64,000 nt of DNA from an uncultured Alphaproteobacteria bacterium (GCA_902612825.1 CACMET010000003.1:50536-114535), one strand, 5' to 3'. Positions 9,814 through 20,315 are shown, counted from the stretch's first letter. Program-made: numbers and translations. Notes: generated by a model from the letters alone, not told the origin.

Positions 9814-10701
9814 ATGAATAATAATTTAAAAGCTATTATTTTAGCTTTAGTTGCCTCTGTATCAGGGGTAACAATGAACGTTCTTATTAAATTTTCCCTT
9901 CAGGATATAAATGTATTTACTGCTGGATTTTTAAGATTTCTTTTTGGATTTATTTTAATTCTTCCTTTTATTTTTTATTCTAAATTTGAAAATTTTAAGA
10001 CACCAAATTTAAAAATTCATTTTACGAGAGGTATTTTAAATATACCTATGATGTTGTTAGGTTTTTCTGCACTTCAATTTATACCTTTAGAACAAATTAA
10101 AGCTATTTCATTTGTTACTCCTATAATTGTTGTTGTTCTAAGTGTTATATTTTTAAAAGAAAAAATTTATTTAATTCGTATTGGAGCGTTGTTAATTGGT
10201 TTAATTGGAGTTTTTGTAATTTTAAGACCAGGTATTGTTCCTATTAATGTAGGAGCATATTTAGTTTTATGCTCTTGTTCAATTTGGTCAGTAGTTGTTA
10301 TAATTACCAAATTTGCAGCTAGAGTTGACAGTGCATTCACAATATTATCTTACCAATACACTTTGGTAACATTTTTATCATTTCCAATTGCTTTATATTT
10401 TTGGCAATCACCAACATCAGAAACTTTAATTTATTTAATTTTTGCTGGTATAGCTGGAACAATAGTACATCTTTGTATTAATACGGCTTATAAATTAACA
10501 GATCTTTCTGTTTTACAACCAGTTAACTTTTCTCGATTATTAATAGCATCATTATTTGGTTTTTTAATCTTTGATGAAATACCTGATATTTGGACAATTA
10601 TTGGAGGATTAATAATTTTTTCATCTATACTAATTATTACTTATAGAGAAAATTATCTAAAAAAAGATATAGCAAAGCAATCAATTCCAGTTAAGCTTTA
10701 A
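9814..10701 (+). CDS. DMT superfamily (EamA) transporter
   Basis: 295 aa, 10 TM, two EamA repeats. Confidence 0.85.
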   Translation: MNNNLKAIILALVASVSGVTMNVLIKFSLQDINVFTAGFLRFLFGFILILPFIFYSKFENFKTPNLKIHFTRGILNIPMMLLGFSALQFIPLEQIKAISFVTPIIVVVLSVIFLKEKIYLIRIGALLIGLIGVFVILRPGIVPINVGAYLVLCSCSIWSVVVIITKFAARVDSAFTILSYQYTLVTFLSFPIALYFWQSPTSETLIYLIFAGIAGTIVHLCINTAYKLTDLSVLQPVNFSRLLIASLFGFLIFDEIPDIWTIIGGLIIFSSILIITYRENYLKKDIAKQSIPVKL

Positions 10702-10706
10702 AATTT

Positions 10707-11594
10707 ATGAATAATAATATCAAAGCTGTTCTATTAACAATTTCAGCATCATTCTTTGCAGTGTTGATGGAGGCGTTAATTAAAGCGGCACAATATGATT
10801 CAAATGTATATACTATAGGTTTTTTTAGATTTTTTTTTGGTTTTTTAATAATTCTTCCTTATTTAGTAACCAAAAAATTCAACACATATAAAACTAAAAA
10901 TTTAAAGTTTTACATTATTAGAGGTGCTTTTAACATACCTGTGATGATCTTAGGTTTTGGTGCATTAGTCTATGTTCCTTTAGAACAATTTAAAGCTATG
11001 CATTTTTTAAGTCCAATAATTGTTGTACTTTTGAGTTTTATTATTTTTAGAGAGAAAATATATAGATTTAGAATTTTTGCTTTAATAATTGGTTTCTTAG
11101 GAATGTTAATTATTGTGAGGCCTGGTTATGTTGATTTTAATATTGGTACTATAATGATTCTAGTTTCATTAACATTTTGGTCATTTATAATTATTTTATC
11201 AAAATTTGTATCTAAAGATGATTCTCCTATTACAATGGTAACTTATCAATACACTTTAATGACTATTTTCGCTTTTCCTTTAGCAATTTATTTTTGGCAA
11301 ATGCCATCCTTAATATCTATATTACTTGTATTTATTGCTGCAGCATCGGGAACTATACTGCATTTATGTCTTGGATTGGCTTATAAATATGCAGACTTAT
11401 CTGTAACTCAGCCAATTTGGTTTACAGGTTTAATATTTGGCTCAGGATTTGGTTATTTTGTTTTTAATGAAATACCAGATTTTTGGACTTGGATAGGAGG
11501 AATAGTTGTTTTTAGTTCTGTTTTAGTAATAACTTATTTTGAAAAAAATAAAGAGGAAAAAAATAAAAAAAATATTTTAAGTTCTGTAGAATAG
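10707..11594 (+). CDS. DMT superfamily (EamA) transporter, tandem paralogue of the preceding gene
   Basis: 295 aa and colinear with 9814..10701 (for example FRFFFGFLIILPY vs LRFLFGFILILPF, and YQYTL in both). Confidence 0.85.
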   Translation: MNNNIKAVLLTISASFFAVLMEALIKAAQYDSNVYTIGFFRFFFGFLIILPYLVTKKFNTYKTKNLKFYIIRGAFNIPVMILGFGALVYVPLEQFKAMHFLSPIIVVLLSFIIFREKIYRFRIFALIIGFLGMLIIVRPGYVDFNIGTIMILVSLTFWSFIIILSKFVSKDDSPITMVTYQYTLMTIFAFPLAIYFWQMPSLISILLVFIAAASGTILHLCLGLAYKYADLSVTQPIWFTGLIFGSGFGYFVFNEIPDFWTWIGGIVVFSSVLVITYFEKNKEEKNKKNILSSVE

Positions 11595-11614
11595 TATTTA
11601 ATAATAGAATATTT

Positions 11615-13591
11615 ATGGAACTTAACAAAGTAAGAATTAATCATGGCTTTTGGAAAAAACGTAAAGATTTAAACATTAATTCATCATTTTATGCAGTATT
11701 AAATTCTTTTAAAAAATCTGGAAGAATTCGAGCACTAACAAATGAACATTATAGCAATGAAAAACCTCACATATTTTGGGAGTCAGATTTAGCAAAATTA
11801 ATGGAAGGTGCATTTTTTACAATGCAACAAAAAAAAAATAAAAAATTATTAGAAATTTGTAATTTAATAATAGATAAAATCATTTCTAATCAAGAGAAGA
11901 ATGGTTACTTAAATTTCTATTTTTCTTTTCATGAGCCTAAAAATAAATTTACTAATTTAAGAGATAGGCACGAATTATATTGTGCTGGACATCTATTAGA
12001 GTCTGCAATTGAGCATTGTAAAGCTACTGGTGATAAAAGATTTTTTTATTCTATAGAAAAATATATAGATCATATAATTTCAATATTTGGAAAAGCAAAA
12101 GGAAAAAAAAGAGGATATCCTGGACACCAAGAAATTGAATTAGCTTTAATAAAAGCATATAATTTTACAAAAAAGAAAAAGTTTCTTGATCTAGCTACAT
12201 ATTTTATAGATGAGAGAGGAACTGATAATAAAAATAATAAACATTACTTTATAGAAGAAAGAAAAAAAATTTTAGAAAAAGAGGATGATTTTGATCCATC
12301 AAACTTGCCTGCATCAATTAGGGATTTTCTCAATTTTGGACCAGATCCTCATGGTACTACATCGGGTAAGTTAGGTGATTTACAAGGAAGTGTTTTTAGA
12401 GATTTAGAATATTGGCAATCACATTTAGAGCCAATAAATCAAAATACTGCAGAAGGTCATTCTGTTCGAGCTTTATATATGTTTACAGCTATGGCTGATT
12501 TAGCAAGAATAAATAAAAATAATAAATTACTTAAAACTTGTAAAACTTTATGGAGAAATATTGTTGATAAAAGAATGTACATTCATAGCGGAGTAGGTAG
12601 TGCACATATTGGAGAAAGGTTTAGTTTTGACTATGACTTACCAAACGATATGGCATATGCAGAAACTTGTGCAACAATTGCATTAATATATTTTGCAAAT
12701 CGACTTTCCAAGATTGAACTTAATAGTGAATATGCTGATATAATTGAAAACAGTTTATATAATTTATTATTAGCTAGTACATCACAAGATGGAAAAGGTT
12801 TCTTTTATGATAATTACTTAGAATGCAATCCTGGCTATTTACATTTTCAACAAAGACGACACGGTGTTAGAGATAAATACCATACCTGTTCCTGTTGCCC
12901 ACCAAATATTACTCGATTTATAGCAAGTATGGACATGTATATTTACAATGAATATAGAAATTGTCTAGTTGTGGATCAGTATATTTCATCTGAGTTAAAT
13001 ATATCTAATGGCTCACAAGGATTGAAATTAAATCAAATAAGTGATTTTCCTGAAAAAGGTTATTCTAAAATTAATATTTTACAATCCAATAATAAAAAAT
13101 CTTATATTTATTTTCGTATTCCTTCATGGGACAAAAATATGAAAATACTTATTAATCGAAAAAAAATAAAGTATGAAACATTTAATGGTTATGCAAAAAT
13201 TAAATATCTTTGGAAAAAAGGAGACAAGATTGAGTTATTATTTAATTTTGAACCAAGACTAGTTCGAACAAATCCAAATGTTAGATATAATATAAGAAAA
13301 GCTTGCTTGTTTAGAGGTCCAATTCTTTATTGTTTAGAGGAAAGAGATAATGGCAGAAACTTAAATAAATTCATTTTAGATTCATCAAATAATATAACTG
13401 AAAAAAATATAAAAATTAATTCTCAAAAAGTTATTTCATTATTAACAAAGGCTTATTTATATAAAGATACAAAAAAACTATATTTAAATGATAAACCTAA
13501 GTATTCTAAAAAAAATATTAAATTTATTCCATATTATAAATGGTCTAATAGAGGAGAAAATGAAATGTTAGTATGGATAAATGAAAAATAA
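11615..13591 (+). CDS. Glycoside hydrolase family 127 (beta-L-arabinofuranosidase-like, DUF1680)
   Basis: 658 aa with HELYCAGHLLESAIEH, and HTCSCCPPNITRF matching the Cys-rich Zn/catalytic motif of GH127. Confidence 0.8.
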   Translation: MELNKVRINHGFWKKRKDLNINSSFYAVLNSFKKSGRIRALTNEHYSNEKPHIFWESDLAKLMEGAFFTMQQKKNKKLLEICNLIIDKIISNQEKNGYLNFYFSFHEPKNKFTNLRDRHELYCAGHLLESAIEHCKATGDKRFFYSIEKYIDHIISIFGKAKGKKRGYPGHQEIELALIKAYNFTKKKKFLDLATYFIDERGTDNKNNKHYFIEERKKILEKEDDFDPSNLPASIRDFLNFGPDPHGTTSGKLGDLQGSVFRDLEYWQSHLEPINQNTAEGHSVRALYMFTAMADLARINKNNKLLKTCKTLWRNIVDKRMYIHSGVGSAHIGERFSFDYDLPNDMAYAETCATIALIYFANRLSKIELNSEYADIIENSLYNLLLASTSQDGKGFFYDNYLECNPGYLHFQQRRHGVRDKYHTCSCCPPNITRFIASMDMYIYNEYRNCLVVDQYISSELNISNGSQGLKLNQISDFPEKGYSKINILQSNNKKSYIYFRIPSWDKNMKILINRKKIKYETFNGYAKIKYLWKKGDKIELLFNFEPRLVRTNPNVRYNIRKACLFRGPILYCLEERDNGRNLNKFILDSSNNITEKNIKINSQKVISLLTKAYLYKDTKKLYLNDKPKYSKKNIKFIPYYKWSNRGENEMLVWINEK

Positions 13592-13608
13592 TTTTAATTT
13601 TATTAATT

Positions 13609-14430
13609 TTATTTTGTTCCTAAGGCAAAACCTCTTAATAAATATTTTTGAAAGTATACTAAAAGAAAAATAGTTGGAATAGTAGAAATAATAATTCCCG
13701 CTAAGGATGTGCCCATATACATACTCAATCTATTTCCTAACTGAAGAGACATACCAACCTGAAGTGTTCTCATATGCTGTTCTGAAGCAGAAACAAGAGG
13801 CCATATATAATCATTCCAGGCACCACCAAAGTTCACTATGGCTACTGTAAAAATCGCAGGTAGTGCTAATGGCAGCATAATTCTTACAAAAATTTGCAAA
13901 CGATTAGCTCCATCAATAACAGAAGCTTCCTCTACTTCTTTTGGAACACCCTTAAAATATTGTGTCATAATAAAAACTCCAAATGGTACGCCAAGCTTTG
14001 GAAGAAATAAACCCGTATGCGTGTTATGTAATCCTAAAGAACTAAATTGTGTAAAGAGAGGGATAAATAATAATTCACCGGGTATCATTAATCCAGCAAG
14101 AACAAGTGGATATATAAATTTACGACCAAAAAAATCAATTCTTGCAAATGCGTAACCTGCCATTGAGCAAAATAATGTAGTAAAAAAAGTTGCACATAAC
14201 GCTACTATTAAAGTGTTCATAACCCATATATCAAAGCTTGAACTCCACATTTTAATATAATTTTCAATAGTAAAAGGAATGGGAAAAAATCCAAATAGGA
14301 AATTTGTAGTTGTTTTTTGTAATAATTCATTTGGTTGAAAAGACAGAGAGATTACCCATACAACTGGTGTAAACCATATTAAGCATGCTATTAAAATTAC
14401 AAAAAAATTAAGGGTTAATCTTTTACTCAT
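13609..14430 (-). CDS. Carbohydrate ABC transporter permease (MalG-like)
   Basis: 273 aa, 6 TM, EAA-loop-like EEASVIDGANRLQIFVRIMLP. Confidence 0.9.
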   Translation of the reverse strand: MSKRLTLNFFVILIACLIWFTPVVWVISLSFQPNELLQKTTTNFLFGFFPIPFTIENYIKMWSSSFDIWVMNTLIVALCATFFTTLFCSMAGYAFARIDFFGRKFIYPLVLAGLMIPGELLFIPLFTQFSSLGLHNTHTGLFLPKLGVPFGVFIMTQYFKGVPKEVEEASVIDGANRLQIFVRIMLPLALPAIFTVAIVNFGGAWNDYIWPLVSASEQHMRTLQVGMSLQLGNRLSMYMGTSLAGIIISTIPTIFLLVYFQKYLLRGFALGTK

Positions 14431-15505
14431 TTTCTTTAAATAACCTAAATTGTAAAAAGGTAAAAAAACCTATGATTAAAAATAGTACTACTGAAACCGC
14501 AGCACCTGATCCCATTCTCATATCTCTAAAAGAATATTCGTAAATTAATTGAACTAAAGTTCTTGAATTATTATTTGGCCCACCTCCTGTTAAAAGTTGT
14601 GACTGAGCAAATATTTGTAAATGAGCAATAATTTGTAAAACGGATACAAGAAGGAAAATTCTACTTACTCCTGGTAAAGTTATATACCAAAACATTTGAC
14701 TATTTGATGCGCCATCTATTCTTGCTGCTTCGTATCTTTCATCAGGAATTTGTTGAAGGGCAGCAATAAATAAAATCATTGGCAAGCCAATTGTCCACCA
14801 AACAGTTGCAAAAATGATAACAAATCTACCTGCAATTGTTTTTTGTGTAAATGGATAAGGATCATAACCAAAAGCCTCTAAAGCATTATTAAATAAACTT
14901 CCATATCCACCAAAAAGTTGGGAGAATACTAATGATAACCCCACAACTCCAACACCACCAGTTGCCCAGAACATCGTTCTAATAATGGTAAACGTTACAC
15001 CTTTTTTATTTGTTGCAATGGCTATAATGATAGCAATGAAGGTAACACCATAGGCAGAATAAAAAGCTAAAATAATTGTATTTCTTACAGTCTTCCAAAA
15101 TAGATCGTCTTCCCAATATGCATCTTCAGTTGGTTTAATTCCATTCATAAAATAAACAATTAGAGCAAATATAAAGAAAAACTTTAAACCAACATTATGC
15201 TTTAATATTTCGTTTTTATGAAAAATATAAATAGTAGCAATTATCAATAAAAGCAGGCAAATTTTAATTGGAGTTAAAAAAACAGTAAAATCATAATAAA
15301 CGCCTTCACCAGCTAATAAATATATATAATTTTCAAATCCAATAAATTCTGCGTTATCTGGATTGATAGCTACGGCCATCAAATTCCAATCATAAAAACT
15401 CATATAAAATAACTTGCCAAATGGATAGATAAGAAAACACAAAAAGAAGACCATAAAAGGCAATATTAATAAATATGCATAAAAATTATCATTCTTTATC
15501 TTCAT
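14423..15505 (-). CDS. Carbohydrate ABC transporter permease (MalF-like)
   Basis: 360 aa with EAA loop YEAARIDGASNSQMFWYITLP. It overlaps the downstream permease by 8 nt. Confidence 0.85.
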   Translation of the reverse strand: MKIKNDNFYAYLLILPFMVFFLCFLIYPFGKLFYMSFYDWNLMAVAINPDNAEFIGFENYIYLLAGEGVYYDFTVFLTPIKICLLLLIIATIYIFHKNEILKHNVGLKFFFIFALIVYFMNGIKPTEDAYWEDDLFWKTVRNTIILAFYSAYGVTFIAIIIAIATNKKGVTFTIIRTMFWATGGVGVVGLSLVFSQLFGGYGSLFNNALEAFGYDPYPFTQKTIAGRFVIIFATVWWTIGLPMILFIAALQQIPDERYEAARIDGASNSQMFWYITLPGVSRIFLLVSVLQIIAHLQIFAQSQLLTGGGPNNNSRTLVQLIYEYSFRDMRMGSGAAVSVVLFLIIGFFTFLQFRLFKENE

Positions 15506-15593
15506 AATACTATTAAAAATTAACTTGATTTTTTTGTAAATTCAATCTCTAATATTCAACATAATAAGTTTTTTAATTAAAATGGGAGAAAAA

Positions 15594-16838
15594 ATGAAAA
15601 ACATAAAACTAATATTTTTTGCTTCATTCCTTTCATTAATAAGTTTTAGTGTATCGGCAGTAGATATTACTATAGCTAGATTTTTTGGTGATTGTGAAGA
15701 TGCAGGAAGTGATACTAAGGCAACATCAGGGGAGGCATGTATTATTCAATCAATAATTAATGCTTTTAATGAACAAAATCCTGATATTAATGTTACTACT
15801 GAAGTCCTTGATTGGGGACAAACATACAACATTCTTCAAACAAGATATGCTGATAATAGTGCGCCTGATATCCATATCATGCACAGACACCGTATTCCTC
15901 AATTTTCTTCAATTGGAGCTATTGCAGATTTAAGTGGTGAATTAGAGAAATATGGAATGGACTCTAGTGATATTGTTCCAATGATGATGGATGCATTAAC
16001 GTATGATGGCGGTATGTGGGGTTTACCACTTGATATTCATGCTGGTTTGTTCCATACCAATCTGGATCTTATGGCAAAAGCTGGCTTAGTCAAAGATGGA
16101 AAACCAATTTATCCTACTAGTCCTGCAGAAATGTTAGAGCATGCAAATGCCTGTAAAGCTGTTGGAGCTGATTATTTAGCAAGTGGACAAACAAGAGCTA
16201 TCTATGGTCTAACGTGGCAGCAAAATGCTAATTTCTTTGAGGGAAAAAAAGCAACCCTCAACACTGATGAAGTGAGAAATGCAGTTCAGCTTTATCTTGA
16301 TCTTAAAGCAGCGGGCGCTTACCAACCTGAACTAGATTATGGTAGTGCTGAAAAATTCTGGATGGATGGTAATGCATGTATTTTATATAATGGTACATGG
16401 GTTGTAGATTATTATTCTCAGAATGTTGACTTCAATTACTATGTTGGACCTATGCCAACAATTTATGAAAAGGGAGCAACATGGGCTGATTCACATATGT
16501 GGTCAATTCCAGCAGCATTAAAATCTTCAAGTCCTGAAAAATATGATGCTGTTATGAAGCTAGCAAAGTTTATGTGGGATCACAGTATTGATTGGTCAAG
16601 AACTGGCCACATGTCTTATAGATCATCTGTTATTAACAGTGATGCATATATGAATTTACCGCATAGAATGGAGTATGCATCTACAGCTGAGATAATGACT
16701 GATACTCCGCATTCCATAAATTATGGAGCCATTGTTCAGTTATTGGACACAGAAATTGGAGCTATAATGCTTGGTGAGAAAGACATGGATTCAGGTCTTA
16801 AGGATGCAAACAATAAATTAAAGAAATTAATTCGTTAA
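15594..16838 (+). CDS. Sugar ABC transporter substrate-binding protein (family 1 SBP)
   Basis: Signal peptide MKNIKLIFFASFLSLISFSVSA. I prefer the ATG at 15594, preceded by GGGAGA, over the track start at 15582. Confidence 0.85.
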   Translation: MKNIKLIFFASFLSLISFSVSAVDITIARFFGDCEDAGSDTKATSGEACIIQSIINAFNEQNPDINVTTEVLDWGQTYNILQTRYADNSAPDIHIMHRHRIPQFSSIGAIADLSGELEKYGMDSSDIVPMMMDALTYDGGMWGLPLDIHAGLFHTNLDLMAKAGLVKDGKPIYPTSPAEMLEHANACKAVGADYLASGQTRAIYGLTWQQNANFFEGKKATLNTDEVRNAVQLYLDLKAAGAYQPELDYGSAEKFWMDGNACILYNGTWVVDYYSQNVDFNYYVGPMPTIYEKGATWADSHMWSIPAALKSSSPEKYDAVMKLAKFMWDHSIDWSRTGHMSYRSSVINSDAYMNLPHRMEYASTAEIMTDTPHSINYGAIVQLLDTEIGAIMLGEKDMDSGLKDANNKLKKLIR

Positions 16839-16852
16839 TTTCCCTTTTATAT

Positions 16853-16880
16853 AATGGAGGTGTTTTTTACACCTCCATTT
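16853..16880 (+). terminator. Intercistronic hairpin / partial terminator after the SBP gene
   Basis: AATGGAGGTGT-TTTTT-ACACCTCCATT forms an 11-bp perfect stem 15 nt after the SBP stop. The U tail is short. Confidence 0.5.
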
Positions 16881-16904
16881 ACTCGATAAAAAAAGATAGG
16901 AAGT

Positions 16905-18737
16905 ATGAGAAAAGAACATCCAAGACCACAGTTTGTAAGAAAAGATTGGTTAAACCTAAATGGAATTTGGACTTGTGAATATTCAAAAAATATTAAAGGT
17001 TTAAAAAAATCTAAATTAAATTCAAAAAAATTTTCAAAAAAAATAAATGTACCTTTTTGTCCTGAAAGTAAATTATCAGGAATTGGAAACACCGATTTCA
17101 TGCAAGAAGTTTGGTATCATAAAAGTTTTAAATTAAATAATAATTGGAAAGATAAAAAAATATCCATTCATTTTGGTGGAGTTGATTATAAGTGTGATGT
17201 ATTTGTAAACAAAACTAAAGTTGGTTCAAATATAGGTGGTCAAGCGCCTTTTAGTATTGATATTTCAAAAGCAGTAAATTTTACTAAAAATAATGATTTA
17301 ATTGTTTATGTAATAGATGAAAGATGTCCTGGAAGTATGAACCCATCTCCTTGGTATAAAGGAAGATTTACACCAAAAAAAATAGCAATAGCAAAAAAAT
17401 GGGCTTTAGATAAACGCAGAACACAACCTAGGGGTAAACAATCTTCTTTTTTACATTCTTATCAATGTGTTTACACAAGAACAACAGGCATATGGCAGAC
17501 AGTTTGGCTAGAAGCTACTGATAAGAAACATATAAAGAGTGTTTCAATTGTTCCTAACTTAAAAACTTCATGTTTTGAATTTACTCCTGATTTTTCAGCA
17601 AACGTAAATGATAATTTTAGGGTTGATATTACATTTAAAAATAAAAAAATATCTTCTTCTATTTTCAATACAAAAATAAAAAAAATTAAAATTAGAATTC
17701 CAAAACCAAAGTTGTGGTCTATTGAGCAACCAAACCTTTATGATTTTGTTTTCACTTTAATAAGTAAAAAAAATAACAAAACTTTAGATAGAGTTAAGAG
17801 TTATGGAGGAATGCGCTCTATAGAAGTGAAGAAAAATAAAGTATATCTTAATAATAAACCTCTTTATCAAAGATTGGTTTTGGATCAGGGATTTTACCCA
17901 GATGGAATTTGGACAGCGCCAACTGATAAAGCTCTAAAAAATGACATTATTTTATCAATGAAGGCTGGTTTTAATGGAGCGAGGTTACATGAAAAGGTAT
18001 TTGAAGATCGTTTTCATTATTGGGCTGATAAATTAGGCTACATAACATGGGCTGAATGGGGTAATTGGGGTGCAAACGAAAATGCAAAAGGTACCGAGAC
18101 TGCTTTTATGCATGAATGGCCAAAAATAGTAGAGCATTTAAAAAATCACCCTTCAATTATTACATGGACACCTTTTAATGAAACTAATACTTTGGAATGC
18201 AATGCTCAACATAAAAAATTAATGCGTTTAGCATATGATGTGACAAAGAAAATAGATCCAACAAGACCAGTAAATGAAACAAGTGGTTATCAACATCAAA
18301 AAACAGATATTTGGACAGTACATCATTATGAACCAAAACCTGAAAAATTAATGCAAGCTTTAAATCCAAAAAAAGGAGTTTATAGAAATTTTCCTAAGTT
18401 TGAAACAACCTATAAAAATCAACCTTATATAATTGATGAATATGGAGGAGCTTGGTGGCTTCCTTTAAATCTAAGAAATAAATTTTTCTCATGGGGTCAC
18501 GGAGATCATGTAAGACCTAAGACAATTCAAGAAGTTTATGATCGTATGGATAGCTTAACTGAAGTAGTTTTAAAAACAAAACACATTCAAGGATTTTGTT
18601 ACACACAACTAACTGATGTGGAGCAAGAAACTAATGGGGTATATCTTTACGATAGAAAAACAAAATTTAATATGAACAAGATCAAGAAAATATTCAAAGA
18701 TAAATCTCTAAAATTGAAAAAAGGTTATATTCAGTAA
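16905..18737 (+). CDS. Glycoside hydrolase family 2
   Basis: 610 aa with a GH2-like N-terminus (HPRPQFVRKDWLNLNGIW), an acid/base-like WTPFNE and a nucleophile-like IIDEYGG. Confidence 0.75.
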   Translation: MRKEHPRPQFVRKDWLNLNGIWTCEYSKNIKGLKKSKLNSKKFSKKINVPFCPESKLSGIGNTDFMQEVWYHKSFKLNNNWKDKKISIHFGGVDYKCDVFVNKTKVGSNIGGQAPFSIDISKAVNFTKNNDLIVYVIDERCPGSMNPSPWYKGRFTPKKIAIAKKWALDKRRTQPRGKQSSFLHSYQCVYTRTTGIWQTVWLEATDKKHIKSVSIVPNLKTSCFEFTPDFSANVNDNFRVDITFKNKKISSSIFNTKIKKIKIRIPKPKLWSIEQPNLYDFVFTLISKKNNKTLDRVKSYGGMRSIEVKKNKVYLNNKPLYQRLVLDQGFYPDGIWTAPTDKALKNDIILSMKAGFNGARLHEKVFEDRFHYWADKLGYITWAEWGNWGANENAKGTETAFMHEWPKIVEHLKNHPSIITWTPFNETNTLECNAQHKKLMRLAYDVTKKIDPTRPVNETSGYQHQKTDIWTVHHYEPKPEKLMQALNPKKGVYRNFPKFETTYKNQPYIIDEYGGAWWLPLNLRNKFFSWGHGDHVRPKTIQEVYDRMDSLTEVVLKTKHIQGFCYTQLTDVEQETNGVYLYDRKTKFNMNKIKKIFKDKSLKLKKGYIQ

Positions 18738-18820
18738 AAATAAAATAAATCTTTGTGTGAAAAAAATTAATAATTAAATCTTTTAAAATTGAATCAAAGT
18801 TTCTATAAGATCTTAAAGAA

Positions 18821-19741
18821 ATGAATAATAAATATAAATACAAAGGTATGTGGCCAGTTGCACCAACACCATTTCATGAAAATGGTGAAGTTGATTACGA
18901 AGGAATGGGTAGGGTAATTGATTGTATGGTTGATCAAAAAGTTGAAGGTATTTGTATTTTAGCTAATTATTCTGAGCAATTTTTAATTTCAGACGAAGAA
19001 AGAGAGAAATTAACAAAACTTTGTATGAAAAAAATTGATGGAAGAGTAAAAACTATTGTTACAGTTTCTCATTTCGCTACTGATATTGTTCGCCCAAGAG
19101 CTGAATTAGCAAAATCACTTGATGCAGATATTATAATGATGATGCCTCCTTATCATGGAGCATTGTTAAAGGGTAATCCAGATCAAATATTTGAGCAATT
19201 TAATGAAATTTCTAAAGTTAAAATTCCAATCATGATCCAAGATGCACCTTTATCTGGAATTGAACTTTCAGTACCTCTTCTAACAAAAATGATCAATGAA
19301 ATTGAATACTTAACATGTTTTAAAATTGAAAGTGCTAATGCTGCATCAAAAATAAGAGCACTTATTAAAAATTGTAGTGAAAGACTAGATGCACCTTTTG
19401 ATGGTGAAGAAAGTATTACTTTATATGCGGACTTAGAAGCTGGAATTTCTGGTAGTATGAGCTCAGCATTACTTCCAGAAAAAATAGCTCCAGTAATTGA
19501 TCATTTTTGGAATAATGAAAAAGATAAAGCTGAGCAAATCTATAATAGCATTCTTCCTTTAATAAATTTTGAAAATAGACAATGTGGTTTCAGAGCTACT
19601 AAAACAGTAATGAAAGAGGGCGGGGTAATAAAATCAGATTTTTGTAGAGATCCAATTAAACCTTTAGATGAAGATACAAAAAATTTATTACTTAATTTTG
19701 CAAAAAGATATGATTTACTTACTTATAAATGGGGTAAATAG
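18821..19741 (+). CDS. DHDPS/NAL-family class I aldolase or dehydratase
   Basis: 306 aa with WPVAPTPFHENGEVDYEG and a Schiff-base-lysine context FKIES. Confidence 0.75.
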   Translation: MNNKYKYKGMWPVAPTPFHENGEVDYEGMGRVIDCMVDQKVEGICILANYSEQFLISDEEREKLTKLCMKKIDGRVKTIVTVSHFATDIVRPRAELAKSLDADIIMMMPPYHGALLKGNPDQIFEQFNEISKVKIPIMIQDAPLSGIELSVPLLTKMINEIEYLTCFKIESANAASKIRALIKNCSERLDAPFDGEESITLYADLEAGISGSMSSALLPEKIAPVIDHFWNNEKDKAEQIYNSILPLINFENRQCGFRATKTVMKEGGVIKSDFCRDPIKPLDEDTKNLLLNFAKRYDLLTYKWGK

Positions 19742-19785
19742 TAAAATTTAATTGACAAATATTATTTAAAAATTACTTATTATTT

Positions 19786-20304
19786 ATGCGTAGAGTTTTT
19801 GAAGGACTACTTGAAAGAGCAATGTTTTCGAGCAGATGGGCATTAGCTCCTGTTTATGTTGCGCTATGTCTTACTCTACTAGTTATTACATATAAAGTTA
19901 TCGCGTTATTCATATATGAGATTACACACTTAAATGAACTAACATTAAATGAACTTCTTGTATTTGTATTACATATTGTTGACTTAGCTCTTGTTGGAAA
20001 TTTAGTTTTAATGGTTATATTTGCAGGCTATGAAAATTTTGTTTCAAAAATTGATATTGCAAATCAATCTGAAGATAAACCAGAGTGGATGGGTAAATTA
20101 GATTTTTCAGGTTTAAAATTAAAACTTATTGCTTCAATAGTAGCTATTTCAAGTATTGGTTTGCTAGAAGCTTTTATTGATGTTGGTTCAAAAACATCAG
20201 AAGAAATTTACTTAATGATATTTATTCATGCTGTATTTATTTTATCAGGCTTAGTTATAGCAATAATGGATTATATAAGCGGAATTACTAAACATCACCC
20301 ATAA
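19786..20304 (+). CDS. YqhA-family (UPF0114) membrane protein
   Basis: 172 aa; the N-terminus FEGLLERAMFSSRWALAPVY is typical of YqhA. Confidence 0.7.
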   Translation: MRRVFEGLLERAMFSSRWALAPVYVALCLTLLVITYKVIALFIYEITHLNELTLNELLVFVLHIVDLALVGNLVLMVIFAGYENFVSKIDIANQSEDKPEWMGKLDFSGLKLKLIASIVAISSIGLLEAFIDVGSKTSEEIYLMIFIHAVFILSGLVIAIMDYISGITKHHP

Positions 20305-20315
20305 TTAAATAAAAA

